Assembly (NCBI GenBank): GCA_038153405.1
Contig: JAYOYH010000085.1
Coordinates: 1 to 14,707 of the forward strand
Direction: 5' to 3'
From: Gemmatimonadota bacterium
GTDB lineage: Bacteria; Latescibacterota; UBA2968; UBA8231
DNA length: 14,707 nucleotides
How positions within the stretch are numbered: the stretch's first letter is position 1; every line of letters begins with the position of its first letter. This document shows, one piece after another, positions 1 through 7,725 of this stretch. Position numbers and translations under genes: made by a program. Under the pieces are notes generated by a model, which was not told the origin of the DNA, ran no database searches, and saw nothing but the letters and a program-made list of their open reading frames with translations.

Positions 1-896
1 ACATAGTGCGCACCCAAGCCGTTTAGCATCGTCATGCAACCGGCCCACATGCAAATTCTCCCGTGGCTCCAGCCCATGCGCTGTAGCCGCTGATACAGGT
101 GTTTGTTATGCGCATGCAGCGGGTTTTCGCCGTTGATAAGCCGCCGTATTAGGGTGTAGGACGTGTCGAAGAGGTAGTAGGCCAAAAGGGCAAAAATGTG
201 CCGTGGCGACATGCCCGCCCCCACGGACAGAGCGGCCAGTGCCGCAACGGTGAAACCGCAAAAGAGCGAGCCCACGTCGCCCATAAAAATGCGGGCCGGC
301 GGTTTATTGAATACGAAAAAACCGGCCAGTGCCGCTGTAAAAAGACACGCCTGGGCAGCAACCTCTGCGCTAAACGGCGCGGCTTCAAAGGCCAGCCATC
401 CCGCGATGCACATCGATTGGGTAACGCTCAACCCGTCAATGCCGTCCATAAAGTTGAACGCATTGCACAGCCCAAAAAACCAAGCCAAACCGATGCCAAA
501 CCAGACGATTCCTCCGGCCGCAATGACCAGATCGCCGATGAGCAGCGGCTGCGCGGGAGCACCAACCAGAAAGCATGCCGCCGCGACTAGGAGAAGAATG
601 GTTTTTTCCAACGCGCTCAGCGGGCGCACGACATCGTCGATGACGGCCAGCAGCAACACGCCAAGTGCAGCCCACCACAGGGCAAATAGCGGCAGGTCAA
701 TGAGTAGATGACCGACGATAAAACCTGCAACAATCCCCAGCCCACCGGCCGTCGGCATCGGGGTAGAATGGGCACCGCGAGTGCTCGGCTCTACCAGATA
801 ACGGCGGCGGCGGACGACCCACAGCACGACAGCGGTTGCCAATAGAGCAGCGAGCCCGGCCGCGACACTCCCCCAAGCCAGCTCAGTCCTCGGCAT
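1..896 (-). CDS. WecA/WbpL/MraY-family (Pfam Glycos_transf_4) polyprenyl-phosphate N-acetylhexosamine-1-phosphate transferase; 3' end runs off the window
   Basis: Not in the ORF track; translated by hand from the ATG at 896-894: MPRTELAWGSVAAGLAALLATAVVLWVVRRRRYLVEPSTRGAHSTPMPTAGGLG...AVIDDVVRPLS...NAFNFMDGIDGL...FNKPPARIFMGDVGS...GENPLHAHNKHLYQRL...GAHY(V). It carries the family motifs (HxxPxPxxGG, DD, NxxNFMDGxDGL, FMGDxGS, HxxHLxxRL) and many hydrophobic helices. No stop before base 1; overlaps the SDR stop by 14 nt. Confidence 0.92.
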   Translation of the reverse strand, partial: MPRTELAWGSVAAGLAALLATAVVLWVVRRRRYLVEPSTRGAHSTPMPTAGGLGIVAGFIVGHLLIDLPLFALWWAALGVLLLAVIDDVVRPLSALEKTILLLVAAACFLVGAPAQPLLIGDLVIAAGGIVWFGIGLAWFFGLCNAFNFMDGIDGLSVTQSMCIAGWLAFEAAPFSAEVAAQACLFTAALAGFFVFNKPPARIFMGDVGSLFCGFTVAALAALSVGAGMSPRHIFALLAYYLFDTSYTLIRRLINGENPLHAHNKHLYQRLQRMGWSHGRICMWAGCMTMLNGLGAHY

Positions 897-1755
897 GGCG
901 ACCCCACGCTCCCACTAGGTGCAACCCCCGCTCAAAGGCGACCGGATCATAGTCCAAATCTCGCTGTGCCTCCCCAATATCGTACTGTTTGTCTTCCTGC
1001 AGACGCAGGATCTGTTCGGGTTCCAGCGGCAGTGGAATGCCCCACCGACGCAGGGCGCGCACCGCATAGACTGCAGGACGAACCGGCAGCGGCACGATCA
1101 GCGGAGCAACGCCGATAGAATGGCCGAGTGCCGCCAGCAAATCGCGGTAGCTCAGCGCACTGCGCCCGGCCAGCGCGTAGGACCGATGCTCAATGCCGGA
1201 CTGGCGCAGCGCCGCAACGGTGGCCTGTACGACATCGCCGACGTAGACGGGCTGGTGCAGCGCCTGGCCACGGCCAAAAATCGGCAGGAGCCGCCAGCGC
1301 CGCAGCTGCGCCCTGAGACGGCTGATATTGCGATCACAGCCCGGTCCATAGATCATCGATGGACGCAGCACGACCCACGGTTTTTCGCTCTTTTCTACTG
1401 CCTTTTCCGCATCTACGACCTCGGTAACAGCCGGCGCAGCCACGCGCGAAAAGCGCCACAGCGAGCTCATGAGCACAAAGCGTTCGACCTGCGGGCCCCC
1501 ATCTTTGAGAATGAGCGGCGCGTAGCGAATATGCGCCAAATGAATCACGGCGCGCACGCCTTCTAGTGCCCTGCACCGCACGCGCTCGTCGAGCAAATCG
1601 CCCTCCAGAATACCCATGCCCCAATCGCGCAGTGGGCGCAGCGCCTCGGCTGCTTTACCCGGACGCACCAAGCAGCGCACAGACTCGTCCTGCTGCGCCA
1701 GTTCGCGCAACAAAAAACCGCCGACGTATCCCGTCCCCCCGGTCACGAGGATCAT
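883..1755 (-). CDS. NAD(P)-binding atypical SDR / NAD-dependent epimerase-dehydratase family protein
   Basis: N-terminal Rossmann motif ILVTGGTGYVG, plus GDLLD, VIHLA, LRPSMIYG and QPVYVGDV. ATGA overlap (1752-1755) with the upstream glycosyltransferase stop. Confidence 0.88.
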   Translation of the reverse strand: MILVTGGTGYVGGFLLRELAQQDESVRCLVRPGKAAEALRPLRDWGMGILEGDLLDERVRCRALEGVRAVIHLAHIRYAPLILKDGGPQVERFVLMSSLWRFSRVAAPAVTEVVDAEKAVEKSEKPWVVLRPSMIYGPGCDRNISRLRAQLRRWRLLPIFGRGQALHQPVYVGDVVQATVAALRQSGIEHRSYALAGRSALSYRDLLAALGHSIGVAPLIVPLPVRPAVYAVRALRRWGIPLPLEPEQILRLQEDKQYDIGEAQRDLDYDPVAFERGLHLVGAWGRHAED

Positions 1756-2909
1756 GAGATATTGCGCTCCCGCAAGAGCTCTTCGTATAAATCCTGCACT
1801 TGCCGCAGCGCCTCATCGCGCGCAAAAGCACGGAGTGCGCGGCCGCGACCGTTGGCCCCTAGGCGGGCGCGCTCTGCAGGGGCAGCCAACAGCTTGCAGA
1901 TGGCATCAGACAGCGCTTCACTAGCGCCCTCTTCAACCAAAAGACCGGTTTCGCCATCGACCACGACCTCCGCCAAGCCTCCAACTCGGCTCGCCACGAC
2001 CGGGCAGCCCATGGCCATGGCTTCTACGACGGCAATACCCATGCCCTCCCGGCGCGACGGAGCGACAAATAGCGCGCATTCGCGCAGCCAGGGTCGCACG
2101 TCTTCTGCAAGACCGACAAAGCGCACGTGCTGGGCTACGGACAGTTCCTGCGCCAGCGCCTCGAGCTGCACTCTCAGGGGACCGTCGCCTACGACGACGA
2201 GTTCTACGCCTGGGTGTAAGCGCGCCACCGACGGCAGCGCGCGCAGCATTACATCCACGCCCTTTTCGGGCGTTAGGCTGCCAATCGCCACTAAACGCAG
2301 CCCCCGTTCGCTGGCCGGTTGCACCCCTTCGAGGGCGAAAAATGCGGGGGCTATCCCGTTGTATATAACCGCCCAACGGCGGTTGCGGCCTATATCCAAA
2401 TCTAGCATGTCCTCGCGCACCGCGCGACTAACGGCGACAAGCGCATCGGTGGTGCGGGCCGCGCGCCGCTCAACGGCGCGAAATAGACGCGCTTTCGTCG
2501 CGTTGCCCAACCATTCCTCCGGCACGCCGTGGTAGGTGTGCAGCACGAGAGGAACTCCTGCCCAGCGCGCCGCTTGACGCCCGAGAATACCCGCCTTGGC
2601 AATATGAGTATGGACGATGTCGCACGAGACGCGGTGCAAATGCCGATAGATCTGATAGAGCGCAGCCAGATCATCGCGCGCGTGCACGCTACGGCGCAGC
2701 GCAGCGATACGCGTGACAACGATGCCGCGATCGCGCGCTTCCGAAATCAGGTCGCCTTCGCCCGGCTCGCTATGACCGGTAATAATTTCGACGCAGAAGC
2801 GCGCGCGATCGAGTCCGGCCGCCAGTTCAATAACGTGGCGCGGCACGCCCCGTACGGCTAAGCGCGTGACGATATGGCAAATTCGAATAGGCCGATCTGC
2901 TGCGCTCAT
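1752..2909 (-). CDS. GT-B fold glycosyltransferase, family 4 (Glyco_transf_4 + Glycos_transf_1 type)
   Basis: RICHIVTRL..GVPRHV N-terminus, DIVHTHIAKAG, HTYHG, IYNGI, KGVD, and the donor-binding signature PSRREGMGIAVVEAMAMGCPVVASRVGGLAEVV..GETGLLV. Start moved from 3056 to the ATG at 2909 (MSAADRPIR), which forms an ATGA overlap with the GT2 stop at 2906-2908. Confidence 0.92.
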   Translation of the reverse strand: MSAADRPIRICHIVTRLAVRGVPRHVIELAAGLDRARFCVEIITGHSEPGEGDLISEARDRGIVVTRIAALRRSVHARDDLAALYQIYRHLHRVSCDIVHTHIAKAGILGRQAARWAGVPLVLHTYHGVPEEWLGNATKARLFRAVERRAARTTDALVAVSRAVREDMLDLDIGRNRRWAVIYNGIAPAFFALEGVQPASERGLRLVAIGSLTPEKGVDVMLRALPSVARLHPGVELVVVGDGPLRVQLEALAQELSVAQHVRFVGLAEDVRPWLRECALFVAPSRREGMGIAVVEAMAMGCPVVASRVGGLAEVVVDGETGLLVEEGASEALSDAICKLLAAPAERARLGANGRGRALRAFARDEALRQVQDLYEELLRERNIS

Positions 2910-3874
2910 ATCCACGAGAAGTAGCGCATGATCTGCATCGTTCCGACAACGCGACGCGACTGCACGCAGCGACGCCAGCGCAGGGCGCGCGGCAGCAGGC
3001 GCAGCGCATCGGATAGAGCCGGTAGCAAATGCAGCCAGCGGCGCGGCGAACGGCATAGCAACACCAACCAGACGAGGGGTTCACCCACCAGCCAGTAGGG
3101 CGCCAGCAGCAGCAGCTCTATAGATGAGGCATTTTTAACGAGGGTCAAATAGCGATTCTTCAAAATATGACGCTGCAGAAACGCGGGTTTGTCGACAAAG
3201 CGCATTTGTTCGTTCGAGGAACCCGATCCCACGTGCAGCGCACACGCCTGCGGCACGTAGCGCGCCTTCCAACCCAGCAGGCGAGCGCGCCAAGCTAAAT
3301 CTACATCTTCCCCATAGCTGAAATAGCATTCGTCAAAGTACTGGCCTTCGACGGCGATATCTTCCAACATCGATCGGCGAAATAAAATCAGCGCCCCACT
3401 GCAACCGAATATATCTTCCTCGCTGTCGACCTGTCCACTGTGCCGCGTGCGCATTTGCGGACGCAGAAAAAAGCCGCTGTTGAGCCATTCGTTCGTCGCT
3501 TGCTGATACACCTTTCCGGCAACGGCACCGAGCCCTTCATCTCCGCTCAGGATCGGCAGAACGCACCGCGAAAAATCGGTTTCGACAAAGACATCCGTGT
3601 TGAGTGCGAGTATCCAATCGTGAGAGCAGGCGGCGATCGCGCGATTATACCCGGCAGCAAAGCCTTTATTTTCCGCGTTGGCCAATAGTTTAACCTGCGG
3701 ATAGTGCTCGGCGATCCACTCGCGCGATCCGTCTGTGGAACCGTTGTCGACGACGACGACTTCGGCAGGAGGACAGCTCTGTCCATAGAGCGCTGATAGA
3801 CAGCGATCGATGTATTTCATGCCATTCCAATTGGCCAGCGCTACCGATATCTCCGGCGCCCGCGCAGGTTCCAT
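2906..3874 (-). CDS. GT2 family glycosyltransferase (GT-A fold; WbbL/rhamnosyltransferase-like subgroup)
   Basis: ISVALANWNG, VVVVDNGSTDGS, NKGFAAGYN, LNTD (DxD-equivalent), FDECYFSYGEDVDLAWR, HVGSGS, NRYL. Its start abuts the upstream stop with no gap. Confidence 0.92.
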   Translation of the reverse strand: MEPARAPEISVALANWNGMKYIDRCLSALYGQSCPPAEVVVVDNGSTDGSREWIAEHYPQVKLLANAENKGFAAGYNRAIAACSHDWILALNTDVFVETDFSRCVLPILSGDEGLGAVAGKVYQQATNEWLNSGFFLRPQMRTRHSGQVDSEEDIFGCSGALILFRRSMLEDIAVEGQYFDECYFSYGEDVDLAWRARLLGWKARYVPQACALHVGSGSSNEQMRFVDKPAFLQRHILKNRYLTLVKNASSIELLLLAPYWLVGEPLVWLVLLCRSPRRWLHLLPALSDALRLLPRALRWRRCVQSRRVVGTMQIMRYFSWI

Positions 3875-5125
3875 CTACCCACCACTAGCCGTAGTGAGCG
3901 TGCGCTTTTTCTGCTGCCAACCGGCAATTTCTTGTTTCAGTATGGCAAACTCACTCACCAAGCGCTCTCGCCGAGTTTCTACCGTCTGCGAAATCGATTG
4001 CAAATAGCGCTGCGTAGCGACAAAATAACTCTCGTCCGCCTTTTCTACCTCGCCGGCAGCCACCGCCAGCTGCGCGCGCTTCCAACTGATTTTTGCAAGG
4101 CGATGTAGGTAGTCGCGCTGGATTTCGTTGACTTCGCGCATGAGATTGAGCGCCTCGCCCGAATGCGACCGCTGGTATACCATCGCCAAGTACTTAAACG
4201 CCTGATCGGCGTAGTACTGGTGTTTCTTGCGATCAACGACTTCGCGCACTGCGCCCTCGTAGTAGATCCGCCCGAGTGCGAGCATATCGGCGTTGATTTC
4301 TCTTTCCATGCTGTCGGTGCGAAAGAGATCAGAGGCAATACTTTGTCCAGCAGTCCCGTCCTTTATCGAACGCGCCGTGCTATTGCGCCGATCAATCTTA
4401 AGGCGCCGATCGAGGATGGCCGCTTCCAGCGTGCGCACGCACTCTTTCATCCACGGCGCTGGATCCTGGCCCTGATCGGCGGCCATTTTGCTCAGCATCT
4501 GGTACATGATGAACATTTTTTTGTAAAAGTTCCCCATGAACTCCACTTCGATTAATTCCACGCCTTCGGCTTCTTCCTGCTTTTTAAAAAGGGCCAGCGA
4601 CAGGTTTTCCTTTACTCCCGCAATTAGCATCGACTCGGTATTATCTTTGGCCACTAGCGTTGCGTGCGCCTGCGAAACAAAGTAGCGAGGGTCTTGCGGC
4701 ATGAGTTTCTTGGAGCGGATCTGGGCGCGTTCGAGCAGGCTAGACCGACTGGCTCCCAGACTCACGTGTTCGGCCCAGTAGGCGCGCAGGCCGTCATCGT
4801 CCTTCACGTACTGGTTGGCGCGCTGTAGCCAGTCGCTGTTAAACTCTTTGTCTGTTTGCGCAATACGCCCCAACAAAATGCGAACGAGCTGGCGGCGCAG
4901 TTCCTCTTCGGAAATTTCGGGCTCGGGGACTTTTTCGGGCTCGGGTTCGACGGGTGGAGGGGGTTTTGCCGCTACGACGGGCTGCACGGCCTTGGCCGGT
5001 GGCTGCTCGGGCGTATGCCCATCGCTATCGCGCAGCAGACTCGCTCCGAGCCCGGCCAGCGCTGCACCGATGAAAACCACGCCTATAACAAGGGGGACGA
5101 TTTGACTTATCTTACTGGAACTCAT
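3875..5125 (-). CDS. Hypothetical bitopic membrane protein: N-terminal TM helix, Pro/Glu-rich linker, large alpha-helical (possibly TPR-like) domain
   Basis: Long ORF. Hydrophobic IVPLVIGVVFIGAALAGLGASLL, then PEQPPAKAVQPVVAAKPPPPVEPEPEKVPEPE, then an amphipathic-helix-rich region (LGRIYYEGA, AFKYLAMVY). ATG at 5125 preferred over TTG at 5137. The stop at 3875-3877 directly abuts the GT2 start. Confidence 0.75.
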   Translation of the reverse strand: MSSSKISQIVPLVIGVVFIGAALAGLGASLLRDSDGHTPEQPPAKAVQPVVAAKPPPPVEPEPEKVPEPEISEEELRRQLVRILLGRIAQTDKEFNSDWLQRANQYVKDDDGLRAYWAEHVSLGASRSSLLERAQIRSKKLMPQDPRYFVSQAHATLVAKDNTESMLIAGVKENLSLALFKKQEEAEGVELIEVEFMGNFYKKMFIMYQMLSKMAADQGQDPAPWMKECVRTLEAAILDRRLKIDRRNSTARSIKDGTAGQSIASDLFRTDSMEREINADMLALGRIYYEGAVREVVDRKKHQYYADQAFKYLAMVYQRSHSGEALNLMREVNEIQRDYLHRLAKISWKRAQLAVAAGEVEKADESYFVATQRYLQSISQTVETRRERLVSEFAILKQEIAGWQQKKRTLTTASGG

Positions 5126-5150
5126 GGCAGTTAGCAATTGTTATAAACCT

Positions 5151-5179
5151 AATGTAACTGAGTGTCATTTCCCGTGCAA
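5151..5179 (-). promoter_or_regulatory. Putative sigma70 promoter for the glycan operon
   Basis: Minus strand TTGCAC (5179-5174) - 17 bp - TACATT (5156-5151). An overlapping alternative is ATGACA (5168-5163) - 17 bp - TATAAC (5145-5140). Confidence 0.55.
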
Positions 5180-5188
5180 CAAAGGCGC

Positions 5189-5217
5189 TTGACTTCCTTG
5201 CCACTTGCTATGAATAT
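5189..5217 (+). promoter_or_regulatory. Putative sigma70 promoter for mpl (possibly leaderless transcript)
   Basis: TTGACT (5189-5194) - 17 bp - GAATAT (5212-5217). The A of the mpl ATG lies 7 nt after the -10 box, and there is no Shine-Dalgarno sequence. Confidence 0.45.
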
Positions 5218-5223
5218 TTCCTT

Positions 5224-6648
5224 ATGACATTACGCCAGGGCGCACATATTCACCTGATCGCCGCCTGCGGTATGGCTATGGGCTCGCTGGCTGCTATGCT
5301 GCGCGAAAAGGGCTATCGAGTGACGGGGTCAGACACCCACGTGTACCCGCCGATGAGCACCTATCTGCAGCAGGTGGGCATCGAGCTCTTCGAGGGCTTC
5401 TCTCCCGACAATCTCCGCGACGTGCCCGACCTAGTCGTCGTCGGCAACGCCGTATCGCGCGGCAATCCCGAGTTGGAGGCAGCACTCGACCTCCATATTC
5501 CCTATACCAGTTTGCCTGAGCTTCTCCGCGATGTCTTTATCCGCGGCAAGCACTCTGTAGTCGTTACCGGCACGCACGGCAAGACGACCACCACGGCTCT
5601 GACAGCGCATCTATTTGCCAGCCTACAGCTCGACCCCTCTTTCTTAATTGCCGGCCTGCCCAAAAATTTTCCACGCCCTTACCAGCTTGGCATGGGCAGC
5701 CACGTTATCGTCGAGGGCGATGAGTACGACAGCGCCTATTTCGCCAAATGGGCCAAGTTCTTCTACTATCTACCCGACACGCTCATCATCAACAATATCG
5801 AATTCGACCACGCCGACATATACGATTCTATAGAGCAAATTGCCAAGGCCTTTCGCCAATTGGTCAATACGGTGCCAAGGAGCGGTCTCATCATTGCCCA
5901 CGCATCTGATCCGGTCGTAGCAGACGTCGTCGGCATTGCCCACGCCCCAGTACAAACGGTTGGCGTTGAGGCAGAGGCCTACTGGCGCGCCGATATCCTT
6001 TCATCGACATCAGAGGGCACCGACTTCAGACTCTTTCGGCAAAACCAAGTTCAAGGCGATTTCCACCTGCCGCTGCACGGCGAATACAATGTTCGCAACG
6101 CGCTGGCCGGCATTGCCGCCTGCGGCCGTGCCGGTATCGCACCCGTAGCCATGCGATCGGCCCTAGCGACATTTGCAGGTGTCCGTCGGCGGCAAGAGCA
6201 GTTGGGCGAATGGGACGGTATTTTGCTCATCGACGACTTTGCCCACCACCCAACGGCCGTCGAGCACACGCTGCGCGCCATCGCCACGGCGCATCCAGGG
6301 CGGCCGATCTGGGCTATCTTCGAACCAGCGAGTGCAACCAATGCGCGCGCGCTCTTTGAGGAGCGCTATCGAACGGCTTTTGCGCCAGCGACCCATATTA
6401 TCATCGGCCGCGTGCCCCGTCCTGAACGGGCGCGAGACGACGAGCCCTTTTCTCCACAGCGCCTCGTCGAACGCCTGCAAACGGAGGGCAAGCAGGCCCT
6501 CTATATGCCCAACGCAGAGGATCTCTTATCCCACCTTTCAACCCATGTACAAGCGGGCGATATTGCCCTATTTATGAGCAACAGCGGGTTTTCTGGTATT
6601 CAACAGAAGCTGCTGGCCGCGCTGAGCAATCGCCATGCCTCGACGTAG
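5224..6648 (+). CDS. mpl: UDP-N-acetylmuramate:L-alanyl-gamma-D-glutamyl-meso-diaminopimelate ligase (murein peptide ligase, peptidoglycan recycling)
   Basis: HIHLIAACGMAMGSLA, VTGSDTHVYPPMST, GNAVSRGNPELE, P-loop GTHGKTTT, EGDEYDSAYF..K, NIEFDHADIY, DDFAHHPT, IFEP, MSNSGF. YPPMST, DEYDxAxF and MSNxGF distinguish Mpl from MurC. Confidence 0.92.
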   Translation: MTLRQGAHIHLIAACGMAMGSLAAMLREKGYRVTGSDTHVYPPMSTYLQQVGIELFEGFSPDNLRDVPDLVVVGNAVSRGNPELEAALDLHIPYTSLPELLRDVFIRGKHSVVVTGTHGKTTTTALTAHLFASLQLDPSFLIAGLPKNFPRPYQLGMGSHVIVEGDEYDSAYFAKWAKFFYYLPDTLIINNIEFDHADIYDSIEQIAKAFRQLVNTVPRSGLIIAHASDPVVADVVGIAHAPVQTVGVEAEAYWRADILSSTSEGTDFRLFRQNQVQGDFHLPLHGEYNVRNALAGIAACGRAGIAPVAMRSALATFAGVRRRQEQLGEWDGILLIDDFAHHPTAVEHTLRAIATAHPGRPIWAIFEPASATNARALFEERYRTAFAPATHIIIGRVPRPERARDDEPFSPQRLVERLQTEGKQALYMPNAEDLLSHLSTHVQAGDIALFMSNSGFSGIQQKLLAALSNRHAST

Positions 6649-7546
6649 ACGCTCCGCCTCGCGCTGGTTAATGGCCCTTTATGCGCTGCTGCTCCTGCCT
6701 AGTCTGCTGGTGGCCCAGGACCCCAATATAGACCGCCTGGCGCAGGAGTTGCAGAGCAACAACACGGGCATCCGTCGCAAGGCAGCAATAGCGCTCGGAC
6801 GCGCCAGTTATCCACAGAGCGTTAACCTGCTGCGCGGCGCCATGCGCAGCGAAAAGGACGTTTCCATCCGCCTAGAGATCGTGCGCGCGCTGCGCCACAT
6901 CGTCTTCCAGCGCTTTCCCGGCTACCCCGAGGCGATGCGAGCGCTAGGCGAAGCGGCCGACGATGGGATAGAGAGCGATGAGTTGGTGCGCCTGCGTTCC
7001 AGCGAAGCGCTGTGGGAAGCGGCAAAAAAGGACCTGCTCAACCCCGTGCCTTTTCTACAGCGCAATTTGGGCGATAGCAGTCAGCGCCTGCGCCTTTCTG
7101 CCGTGCTCATGCTGCGCAAACTCGGCACGCCGCAAACCATAGACCCGCTGGGACGCGCTGCGCTAGACAAAACGCAGAGCGACGCTATTCGCCTGCGGGC
7201 AATTGATGCGATCGGCGCCGTGTCACTTTCCGACCCGGGTGCGGTAGGACGCGCCATTGCCGAAAGCAATCGGCGAACAGCGCAATTGCTTGGCCAACCC
7301 CCACTAGTGGGCCCGGGCAGCGTTGAGCCGCGCCACGAGCGCCAGGTTGGCTATCTATCCTCCGTTGTCCGCGATCCCGACAACAGCCCGACGCTCATGC
7401 TGCAGGCGGTAAAGTCGCTGGGAAAAGTCAAAGACAAGAGCGCCATGGCCGCGCTGCAAGAAATTATTGCAACGCACTCCAACCAAACCGTGCGCAAACA
7501 GGCCACGCGCGTTCTGAGCCACATCATGGCACGCCAGTACGAGTGA
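6635..7546 (+). CDS. Secreted/periplasmic HEAT-repeat (PBS-lyase-like) protein
   Basis: Signal-peptide-like N-terminus (MPRRRRSASRWLMALYALLLLPSLLVA|QD). Repeated HEAT units: IRRKAAIALG, IRLEIVRAL, VRLRSSEAL, LRLSAVLML..LG, IRLRAIDAIG, LQAVKSLG, VRKQATRVL. Overlaps the mpl stop by 14 nt; alternative ATG at 6671. Confidence 0.82.
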   Translation: MPRRRRSASRWLMALYALLLLPSLLVAQDPNIDRLAQELQSNNTGIRRKAAIALGRASYPQSVNLLRGAMRSEKDVSIRLEIVRALRHIVFQRFPGYPEAMRALGEAADDGIESDELVRLRSSEALWEAAKKDLLNPVPFLQRNLGDSSQRLRLSAVLMLRKLGTPQTIDPLGRAALDKTQSDAIRLRAIDAIGAVSLSDPGAVGRAIAESNRRTAQLLGQPPLVGPGSVEPRHERQVGYLSSVVRDPDNSPTLMLQAVKSLGKVKDKSAMAALQEIIATHSNQTVRKQATRVLSHIMARQYE

Positions 7547-7615
7547 TGTGTAAACCGGGTAGCACGGGCGACGCCGTTCTATCACAGCTCTCGCTCTCTC
7601 TGCCGCCGCCTAGAC

Positions 7616-7677
7616 TTTAATAAGTTCATTAAAAATAATATTTTATATATAATCTGTGCAATGGCACGATTTTTGGT
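7616..7677 (+). promoter_or_regulatory. AT-rich promoter region with a sigma54-like -24/-12 site and a sigma70-like -35/-10 pair
   Basis: TGGCACG-ATTT-TTGGT at 7662-7677 (consensus TGGCACG-N4-TTGCW, one mismatch at -12). TTCATT (7625-7630) - 17 bp - TATAAT (7648-7653). Almost pure A/T tract 7616-7653 in a GC-rich context. Confidence 0.5.
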
Positions 7678-7725
7678 AAACCCCTTGAAGAAGGCGTTAT
7701 CCTCTCTCACATCAAGGAGTTTACC

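Noticed and set aside
149..711. Listed ORFs 149-388, 196-711, 198-590 and 436-678
   Set aside because: Antisense or off-frame shadows of the WecA/MraY-family gene, with no recognisable motifs.
919..2861. Long plus-strand ORFs such as 919-1566 and 1762-2535
   Set aside because: Antisense to well-supported genes, with low-information Ser/Ala/Arg-rich translations expected in GC-rich DNA.
2910..3056. 49-aa N-terminal extension of the GT4 ORF (listed start 3056)
   Set aside because: It lies entirely inside the GT2 gene. The ATG at 2909 gives an ATGA overlap and begins right at the GT4 fold.
5224..6648. Calling this gene murC
   Set aside because: It has Mpl-type motifs (YPPMST, DEYDSAYF, FEP, MSN) and is not in a dcw cluster.
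6635..6715. Possible Tat signal (MPRRRRS) on the HEAT protein
   Set aside because: No S/T-RR-x-FLK consensus; better read as a basic Sec n-region.
7547..7612. Possible terminator or small RNA after the HEAT gene
   Set aside because: Only a short imperfect stem (ACGG...CCGT) without a U-tract, and no recognisable RNA structure.
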